A DNA stretch of 64,000 bases from Candidatus Multivorans sp. (GTDB lineage: Bacteria; Acidobacteriota; Thermoanaerobaculia; Multivoradales; Multivoraceae), in NCBI GenBank assembly GCA_965224025.1, contig OZ245033.1, forward strand, positions 2,656,001 through 2,720,000, in the 5' to 3' direction. A program made the position numbers and the translations under genes. Shown one piece after another: positions 57,157 through 64,000 of this stretch. Within the stretch, counting starts at the first letter, position 1. Every line of letters starts with the position of its first letter. A model generated the notes under the pieces. It worked only from the letters and a program-made list of their open reading frames with translations, had not been told where the DNA came from and ran no database searches.

Positions 57157-58641
57157 ATGATCCGTTCCCAGTTCTCGCTCGTGAGTCGTGCGCTCGCACT
57201 CGGCGCCGTCTGTTCGCTGGCCTTCTCCGGCCTCGCCGCTGCCGCCGCGGTCGACCCCGAGCCGGTCACCTTCTACCGCGACGTGGCGCCCGTGCTGCAG
57301 CAGGAATGCCAGGTCTGCCATCGGCCCAACGGCGCCAACCTCGGCGGCATGGTGGCGCCGATGGCGCTCACGACGTACGAAGAGACGCGGCCCTGGGCGC
57401 GTTCGATCGCGCGCCAGATCGCTGCGCGCGCGATGCCTCCCTGGGATGCCTCCCCGGCACACAACGGTGTGTTCTCCAACGAGCGCACGCTGACCCAGGA
57501 AGAGATCGACCTGATCGTGCGCTGGGCGGAATCCGGCGCTCCGGCCGGCGACCCGGCGGACGCCCCGGCCGCCATCGAGTGGCCGAGCAGCGACGGCTGG
57601 CTGATCGGCGAGCCGGACCTCGTCCTGCAGTTCGACGAGCCCTTCTGGGTCGAGGACGACGTGGACGACCTCTACATCTACCGGAAGACGACGGTGACCG
57701 AGGACATGATCCCCGAGGACCGCTTCGTCAAGGCGATCGAGTTCCGGCCCGGCAGCTCGGCGGTTCACCACATCATCGTTCCGGGCCTGGGCGGCATCGC
57801 TCCCGGCAACGACCCGGTGATCCACGCGGACGGCATGGCGGACGTGCTCAAGGCCGGCCGCGACCTGACTTGGCAGATGCATTACCACAAGGAGCCGGGC
57901 GAGGGCACCGGATCCTGGGATCAGTCCTCGGTGGCGCTCAAGTTCTATGACAGCGAAGACGAGGTGAAGTACGAGGTCTTCAACGCGGACATGGGCAAGT
58001 ACGACTTCGCCGTTCCGCCCGGCGCCTCCGACTACACGATCCAGACCGAGTGGATCTTCCCGACGGACTCGGAGATCGTGGGTTACCTGCCGCACATGCA
58101 CCTGCGCGGCAAGGCGGCGAAGTACGAGGCCTACTACCCGGACGGCAGCCACGAAGTCCTGCTCGACGTGCCGAACTACGACTTCAACTGGCAGACCACC
58201 TACAAGTACCAGGAGCGGAAGAAGGTGCCGGCAGGCACTCGGGTGGTCCTGACCACGGTCTTCGACAACTCGGAAGACAACCCGGCCAACCCGGATCCGT
58301 CGATGACGGTGCGCTGGGGCGAGCCGACCACCGACGAGATGAGCTTCGGCTTCATGTCCTACATCAACGAAGAGAACAAGGGCCGCGGCGCTTTCCAGGG
58401 CCAGGACGGGAGCATTGACGTCACGGCCATCGTGGCCTTCTCGGACGAGAGCCGTGACGGCCTGATGCAGCTTGAGGAGGCGCCGGACATGGTCAAGCCC
58501 TACTTCGAGATGATGGACCAGAACAAGGACGGCGCCGTCGACATGGAGGAGGCGAAGGCAGCCAACGGCGTCCTCGAGCAGATGGCGGAAGGCGGGGCGG
58601 AGGCCGACACGCCCGCCGCCGGAGCGGCCGGCGGGCAGTAG
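57157..58641 (+). CDS. Secreted cytochrome c + copper type II monooxygenase-like (PHM/DBH fold) protein with an EF-hand-like tail
   Basis: CQVCH; AVHHII, QMHYH, PHMHLRGK, DEM; DQNKDGAVDMEE. Confidence 0.82.
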   Translation: MIRSQFSLVSRALALGAVCSLAFSGLAAAAAVDPEPVTFYRDVAPVLQQECQVCHRPNGANLGGMVAPMALTTYEETRPWARSIARQIAARAMPPWDASPAHNGVFSNERTLTQEEIDLIVRWAESGAPAGDPADAPAAIEWPSSDGWLIGEPDLVLQFDEPFWVEDDVDDLYIYRKTTVTEDMIPEDRFVKAIEFRPGSSAVHHIIVPGLGGIAPGNDPVIHADGMADVLKAGRDLTWQMHYHKEPGEGTGSWDQSSVALKFYDSEDEVKYEVFNADMGKYDFAVPPGASDYTIQTEWIFPTDSEIVGYLPHMHLRGKAAKYEAYYPDGSHEVLLDVPNYDFNWQTTYKYQERKKVPAGTRVVLTTVFDNSEDNPANPDPSMTVRWGEPTTDEMSFGFMSYINEENKGRGAFQGQDGSIDVTAIVAFSDESRDGLMQLEEAPDMVKPYFEMMDQNKDGAVDMEEAKAANGVLEQMAEGGAEADTPAAGAAGGQ

Positions 58642-58666
58642 CCCCCTTGGGCAGTCCGTTCAGTTC

Positions 58667-58701
58667 GAACCGCCGGCGCGCCGAAAGGCCGCCGGCGGTT
58701 C
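58667..58701. terminator. Hairpin between convergent genes, possible bidirectional terminator
   Basis: gaaccgccggcg...cgccggcggttc stem; no clear U-tract. Confidence 0.5.
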
Positions 58702-58712
58702 TGCGTGTCGGG

Positions 58713-59480
58713 TCAGATGTCGTAGGCGTGACGAATTGCCGCCGCGGCCAACAGGCGCGCAGGATCCAGCAACGGCCTCTCCGCAACCTCCGCCCCGTCA
58801 AGCGCCAGTGGAATCTCAGTACACCCCGCCACCAGGACATCAACGCCGCCCTCATCGACAAGCCGCTGGGCCGCCTCCTCGAGCAACGCACACGCCTCAG
58901 CCGACCCGCCATCCGTCTTGATCCCGCCTCCCTGATGCCGTTCGTCGATCCAGGGCCCGTAGATCGGCTCCATCACGCAACGGAGCTGCAACGCTTCGCC
59001 GTTCTCCAGGTCGAGCGGGCTCATAGCCGCTAGGCCTCGCTCCGCCAGCGGATCGTGGTACAGGCGCGAGCGCAGCGTGCCGGAGGTGGCGAGCAGCCCG
59101 ACGCACCTTTCCGGCGCGATGCGGGAGGCCTCGTCGGCGGTGGCCTCGATCAGGCTGAGAATCGGCAGCGGGCTCTCCTCGCGCAGTGGCGCCAGGAACA
59201 GGTGCGCCGTGTTGCAGGCGACCACGGCGAAGTCCGCTCCGGCCCGCCGCACCCGTTCCAGGCTTCGAAGCAGCACCGGGGTCGGGTCCTCGGCGTGGCC
59301 CAGGAAGGCTTCGGTCCGGTCCGGAGTCTGCGGGATGCTCGAAAGCACCCACTGCGGGAAGTCTTGATCGCGCCGGGCCCCGATCAGCTCGCTCGCAGCG
59401 TCCAGCAGCTTCCGCTCGAAGTCCAGATGCGCGAACGGCCCGAGTCCTCCGACGATCCCGATGAGCCGTCGTTGCTGCAT
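58713..59480 (-). CDS. Aspartate/glutamate racemase family protein
   Basis: IGIVGGLGP, PDRT, ACNTAH, GCTEIPL. Confidence 0.92.
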   Translation of the reverse strand: MQQRRLIGIVGGLGPFAHLDFERKLLDAASELIGARRDQDFPQWVLSSIPQTPDRTEAFLGHAEDPTPVLLRSLERVRRAGADFAVVACNTAHLFLAPLREESPLPILSLIEATADEASRIAPERCVGLLATSGTLRSRLYHDPLAERGLAAMSPLDLENGEALQLRCVMEPIYGPWIDERHQGGGIKTDGGSAEACALLEEAAQRLVDEGGVDVLVAGCTEIPLALDGAEVAERPLLDPARLLAAAAIRHAYDI

Positions 59481-59506
59481 GCGAGTTGTCAGCCCCGCCT
59501 GAAGGC

Positions 59507-61051
59507 TCAGGGTCGAGCGGCTCGCGGGCGGAGGGCTCCGGGACTGCGACGCGGAAGGCTCGGATGGCGTGGTGCGCCTCCCAAGTAGGGATAGTCGTCG
59601 AAGGCGTCGCCGTTGCCCGTGGCGCGGGGGTCGCCGGTCGATCGCAGTCGCTCCATCAGCCGCTCGCCCAGCTCGTCGCGGATCGCCTCATACTCCGGAT
59701 CGCCGCCGACATTCACCTGTTGGTCCGGATCGTTGCGGAGGTCGTAGAGCTCGACCGCCGGGCGCTTCGCGAACGCCAGGTCGTAGAGCCGTCGGTGGTC
59801 GGCGTCCCGATCGCGATGCTCGATCATGTAGGTCTTCGTCGGCCCGTTGTCCGTGTCCGCGTACCAGGCGCCGGGGTAGGCGGCCTGTTCGTAGTTCGGC
59901 GTACCGTTCGGCCAGCGGTCGGGCCGGAAGTTGCGGATGTAGAGGAAGTCGTGGGTGCGGATCGCGCGGCTCGGATAGCCGCCCATGTCTGGCGCTTCCT
60001 GCGCCGGCGTGTGACGCTCCTTGCCGGTCAGCACGTGATCGCGTCCGTTGGCCACGATGACTGCCTGTAGGAACTCGCTGGCATTGCCGGATCCGAGCAG
60101 GGGGATGAGGCTCTTGCCCGTCATCGCCTCCGGCGGCGGAAGGCCGGCGGCTTTCAGGAACGTCGGCGCGAAGTCCGTCAGGCTGATGAAAGCGGTGATC
60201 TCGAGGCCGGGCTCGACCCGGCCAGGCCAACGGATCGCCAGCGGCACCCGCGACCCGCAGTCGTAGACGTTGCTCTTGCAGCGCGGGAAGGGCATGCCAT
60301 GGTCGCTCGTCATCACCACAATCGTGTCGCTGGCGAGACCCTGTTCGTCGAGCAGCCGCAGCGCGTCTCCGACCAGGGCGTCGAACCGCTGGACCTCCCA
60401 GTAGTAGTCCGCCACGTCGCCCCGGGTGTCCGGGTGGTCTGGAAAGGCAGCCGGAAGCTGGATCGCTCCCAAGTCCATGCCGCTCTCCTCGCCCGATCCG
60501 AGGCGGAAGGGGCGGTGCGGATCGGAGGTGCCGAGCCAGAAGGCGAAGGGCTGGCTCTCGCCCTGCCCGGCCAGGAACTCTTCGAAGTTCCCAAAGCGTC
60601 GCCCGGCGAGTTGCCGCCCCTCGGTTTCGGTGCGCCCGGGCCCCCAGCCCTTCCCGGTGACCCCGGTGCGGTAGCCGGCGCCCTTCAGTAACTCCTGGTA
60701 GGTCTCGAAGCGATCGGGAAAGACGCTCCACAGGTTCGCTGCGCCCCCGAGCCGCCAGTGCCACTGCCCGGTGAGGATCGCGCCGCGCGACGGCGTACAC
60801 GAGGGCGAGGAGACATAGGCGTGATGTGCCAGGGCCCCCTCGCTCGCGATCCGGTCGAAGCTTGGCGTCTTCACCACCGGGTCGCCGTAGGCGGAGCCGT
60901 GCGGCCAGCCCCAGTCGTCGGCGATTGCGAACAGGATGTTGGGGGGTTCGTTCTGGGCCGCGACCGGGACGGAAGAAGACATGACTGCGGCGAGGCAGGC
61001 TCCGAGTATCGTGCGGGCGGTGAGTGAGGCTGTGTGTCGAGTGCTTGGCAT
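59507..61051 (-). CDS. Cys-type sulfatase (sulfamidase-like)
   Basis: PNILFAIADD, CTPSR, DPHRPF, SDHGMPFPR, ELYDLRNDP. Confidence 0.92.
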   Translation of the reverse strand: MPSTRHTASLTARTILGACLAAVMSSSVPVAAQNEPPNILFAIADDWGWPHGSAYGDPVVKTPSFDRIASEGALAHHAYVSSPSCTPSRGAILTGQWHWRLGGAANLWSVFPDRFETYQELLKGAGYRTGVTGKGWGPGRTETEGRQLAGRRFGNFEEFLAGQGESQPFAFWLGTSDPHRPFRLGSGEESGMDLGAIQLPAAFPDHPDTRGDVADYYWEVQRFDALVGDALRLLDEQGLASDTIVVMTSDHGMPFPRCKSNVYDCGSRVPLAIRWPGRVEPGLEITAFISLTDFAPTFLKAAGLPPPEAMTGKSLIPLLGSGNASEFLQAVIVANGRDHVLTGKERHTPAQEAPDMGGYPSRAIRTHDFLYIRNFRPDRWPNGTPNYEQAAYPGAWYADTDNGPTKTYMIEHRDRDADHRRLYDLAFAKRPAVELYDLRNDPDQQVNVGGDPEYEAIRDELGERLMERLRSTGDPRATGNGDAFDDYPYLGGAPRHPSLPRRSPGALRPRAARP

Positions 61052-61127
61052 GCTCGGATGATCCTAGCTTCCAGGGTGCGTTCACCTGCCGGTGGCTTGA
61101 TGAGGCTTCATCGGCGGTGGCTAGTCT

Positions 61128-61154
61128 GGATGGCATAATGGACTTATGTCTGAC
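61128..61154. other. dif-like palindromic site
   Basis: GGATGGCATAA-TGGAC-TTATGTCTGAC; the spacer is 5 bp, not the canonical 6. Confidence 0.3.
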
Positions 61155-61270
61155 GCATCACTCCCTTGTTGGTCCGACCTTATTGGGGGGCGACTGCAAT
61201 CAACTGAGCGCCCGGATGGGGGGCCACGATTCCAGTAGCGGCCACTTTGCGCCACCTCGCGGCCACTTGA

Positions 61271-62768
61271 GCCTCTTTCGAGTTGCGAGTGGGTAGGGCG
61301 CGGGCGAGTGCAGATGCTGAGGGGGTCTTGGGAGAGCGGCCTCCGCCGCCGTAGCCGCCGCCGTCGGGCTGTGGAATCTGCGGAAGACCGGTAGCGGCGA
61401 GGGCGCAAGCTGTCCGGTGGGGAGGGCGTTCGCGGCGATTTCGGGTGGCGGCTGTAGTCGCGGGCGATCGGAATGAGCAAGACTCGTCTCTCCTGTTCCG
61501 ACTGAAGGAGGACGAGAGATGCAGAGGGAATTGTTCGCGAGAGCGCTGGGCGTGTCGGCGCCGTGGTTCGTTGACGGCGTGGACTTCTGTGAGAGGGAGC
61601 GTCGGTTGACGATACGGATCGACTTCAGGAAGGGCAGCCGATTCGCCCACGAGGGGGACGGCGGTTCTCATCCGGTGCACGACACGCAGATCAAGCGCTA
61701 TCGGCACCTCAACTTCTTCCAGCACGAGTGCCTGCTCGAGGCGCGAGTGCCCCGTGTGCGACTCCCCGACCAGCGGGTGGCGTTGGTGACTCCGCCCTGG
61801 TCGGGCAGATTGTCCGGCTTCACGCTGCTGTTCGAAGCCTTGATTCTGGCCATGTGCCGAGACATGACCTTCGCTGCGGTGGCCCGGTTGACCGGGGTGT
61901 CGTGGCATCGGGTGCACGCGATCTGCAAGCGCTACGTCGAGCTGGCGGTCGACCGGGACGACCTCTCCGAACTGCGCCACGTGGCCATTGACGAGACTTC
62001 CCGCGCCAAGGGGCACGACTACGTGACCGCGGTCGCCGACAGCGAGCGCCGGCGCGTGGTGTTCCTCGCCGAGGGACGCAAGTCCGGCACGATCGAGGAG
62101 TTCGCCGACGATCTGCAAAGGCGCGGCGGCGATCCCGCCGCGATCAGCCGGGCGTCCATCGACATGTCGGCCGCCTTCCTCAAGGGCGTCGCCGAGAATC
62201 TCCCCAACGCCGAGGTGACCCTCGACAAGTTCCACGTCATGGCCCTGGCCTCGAAGGCGGTGGACGAGACCCGGCGCCTCGAACAGCGCCTCGATCCGTC
62301 GCTGAAGGGCCTGCGCTGGACGCTGCTCAAGAACCGCGACTCCCTGACGCCGGCCCAACGGGCCGACCTCGACCGCTTCGTCAAGAGGGTCGCCAGCCGA
62401 CGCACCGCACGCGCCTGGCTCTATCGGGAGCAACTCCGCGAAATTCTCAACCGCAAGCAGATCAACGTCGTGCTGCGAATGCTCCATCAGTGGTGCACCA
62501 ACGTGAACCGCTCCAAGGTCGAACCCATGAAGGCCGTCGCCCGCACCATCCGAAAGCACCTGCAAGCGATCGCTGCCTGGGCGCGAACCCGGCAGACCAA
62601 CGGCTTCCTCGAAGCCCTCAACGGACTCTTCCAGTCCGCCAAACGCAAGGCCAGAGGCTACAAGCGATTCGACACCATACGCATCGCCTTCTTCCTCATC
62701 GCCGGCAAACTCGACTTCCACACGCTCAACCCGCACACCGCTTGACCCACTCGTAATTCAAAAGAGCC
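61271..62768 (+). mobile_element. ISL3-family insertion sequence
   Basis: Terminal IRs GCCTCTTTCGAGTTGCGAGTGGGT / GGCTCTTTTGAATTACGAGTGGGT (20/24 match); no evident target duplication. Confidence 0.88.
61519..62745 (+). CDS. ISL3 family transposase
   Basis: RHLNFFQH, AIDETS, IDMS, DKFHV, TNGFLEALN, KRKARGY. Confidence 0.95.
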   Translation: MQRELFARALGVSAPWFVDGVDFCERERRLTIRIDFRKGSRFAHEGDGGSHPVHDTQIKRYRHLNFFQHECLLEARVPRVRLPDQRVALVTPPWSGRLSGFTLLFEALILAMCRDMTFAAVARLTGVSWHRVHAICKRYVELAVDRDDLSELRHVAIDETSRAKGHDYVTAVADSERRRVVFLAEGRKSGTIEEFADDLQRRGGDPAAISRASIDMSAAFLKGVAENLPNAEVTLDKFHVMALASKAVDETRRLEQRLDPSLKGLRWTLLKNRDSLTPAQRADLDRFVKRVASRRTARAWLYREQLREILNRKQINVVLRMLHQWCTNVNRSKVEPMKAVARTIRKHLQAIAAWARTRQTNGFLEALNGLFQSAKRKARGYKRFDTIRIAFFLIAGKLDFHTLNPHTA

Positions 62769-63081
62769 CTTTGAAGTCGTGTCGACGTATCTAACAACGG
62801 CCCGGATCGAGGACGAGGGCGGGCAGGCCGTGTACCGCTCCAGCAACGCATGGAACACCGCGACCGGTTTGCCTTCGCCGCCACGCTCCGGGAATTCGTG
62901 CGGCGCCGGCGGAGGTCGACGTCCGCGTGTTCGCCGACGCGGCGGCTAGGCCGCCACCGTCGACTTCGACCAGGTGCTGGCCGCCGGGTGGTACTGGAGC
63001 CGCCTGGAGTCGGCAGGGGTCGTCCAAGCCGGCGAGACTCGGCTTCGTGCAAAGGCCTTGCACTAGGAAAGGAGCCACTTC

Positions 63082-63630
63082 ATGGCTGAACGCCCAGTAG
63101 TCATGATCCACGGTTGGAGCGCCACGTCCGAAGGACTAGAGCGGTTGGCAACTTTCGTTCGGGCCCAACTCAACACACAGATCTCGGTTATTCGTCTCGC
63201 CGATTACGTCAGCATGGAAGACGAAGTACGCTTCGACGACGTCGTGTCGGCAATGAACAGGGCTTGGGACGCCGAAGGGCTCCCCCGGACGAAAGGTGGC
63301 GTGGATGCCCTCGTCCACAGCACCGGTGGTCCGGTCGTTCGGGATTGGTTGGATCGCAACTTCGGCCCGGACGAGTCGCCCATAATGCACTTGGTCATGC
63401 TCGCGCCTGCGAACTTCGGCTCGCCGCTGGCCCACAAGGGAGGTCCTTTATCGCGCGTGCGTTCAAGGGCTTCATCGCGAAGAAACCGGAGGGCGAGCCC
63501 TTTGAGACGGGCACAAAGATCCTGAAGGGGCTGGAACTGGCGAGTCCCTATACGTGGAACTTGGCGCATCGCGACAGGTTCGGCGAAGGCGGCACACGCT
63601 ACCAACCCGGGAACGTGCTATGTACCGTCC
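63082..63630 (+). pseudogene. Alpha/beta hydrolase, frameshifted and truncated by IS630
   Basis: IHGWS, VHSTGG, LAPANFGSPLAHKG; reading continues in another frame (RSFIARAFKG...LKGLELASP) from about 63440 and stops at the IS end. Confidence 0.8.
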
Positions 63631-64000
63631 TAGTGTAGTGTCTCCGACATGGGTTGACAGTTTCGGTTAAGTTCGTCAGTATTCCGTTCATGTGGGAACC
63701 AGCGGAACGACTTGACATCGAAGAGAGCGATCGAGCGCTTCTCAAGAAATGGGTAGAGGCGCCGACGACGCCACAACGCACGGTCCGGCGTAGCCGGATC
63801 GTGCTCGCTGCGGCGGAGGGCACGGCCAATCGGGCGATCGCGGCGAAACTCGGAGTTTCGCGGCCCACGGTGCTGCTGTGGCGTCGTCGGTTCGCGGAGG
63901 ACGGGCCTTCGGGGCTGACCAGGGATCGTCCCCGCGGTTGCGGAAAGCCGCCGCTCTCGGAGTCGGTCGTGCGTAAAGTGATCGAAGCGACGCTGCACGA
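63631..64000 (+). mobile_element. IS630-family element, left end (runs off the window)
   Basis: TA followed by GTGTAGTGTCTCCGA end sequence; TTGACA-17-CAGTAT promoter-like motif at 63654-63682. Confidence 0.8.
63690..64000 (+). CDS. IS630 family transposase, N-terminal HTH part
   Basis: MWEPAERL...RSRIVLAAAEG..NRAIAAKLGVSRPTVLLWRRRF...G..GL; absent from the ORF track because it has no stop in the window. Confidence 0.88.
   Translation, partial: MWEPAERLDIEESDRALLKKWVEAPTTPQRTVRRSRIVLAAAEGTANRAIAAKLGVSRPTVLLWRRRFAEDGPSGLTRDRPRGCGKPPLSESVVRKVIEATLH

Noticed and set aside
62769-63081. Gene between ISL3 and the hydrolase
   Set aside because: Only short ORFs with no recognisable motifs are present; probably a remnant.
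1-64000. tRNA, rRNA, prophage or integrase genes
   Set aside because: None recognised by eye; tRNAscan-SE and Infernal would be needed to exclude small RNAs.

Overview
GC-rich bacterial chromosome segment, probably Acidobacteriota (inferred from the GWxTD+VWA protein and Acidobacteria-type secreted families). Most of it is ordinary metabolic and envelope genes. Three things stand out. (1) A ~16.5 kb minus-strand locus (40431-56952) encodes an ABC ATPase, an ABC-permease/degenerate M1-peptidase fusion, an MFP, an RND permease and an RND permease fused to an intact ABC ATPase. These are followed by two duplicated [ABC-2 permease + small precursor peptide] cassettes. Each peptide has a Sec-type signal, a double-glycine-like leader and a hydrophobic Cys...IC[V/M] core, so this is a candidate undescribed peptide export system. 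(2) Two IS110-family elements have ends, 2-bp cores and bridge-RNA-like guide segments that can be read from the sequence. Both appear to have inserted into the same family of intergenic palindromic repeat, at sites about 20 bp apart. (3) Smaller oddities include an 83-bp tandem repeat making coupled uORFs, decayed toxin-antitoxin remnants, an orphan CbbQ/NorD-like pair, and an IS-rich right end (ISL3, IS630, a broken hydrolase). All protein calls come from motif recognition by eye, not from database searches.
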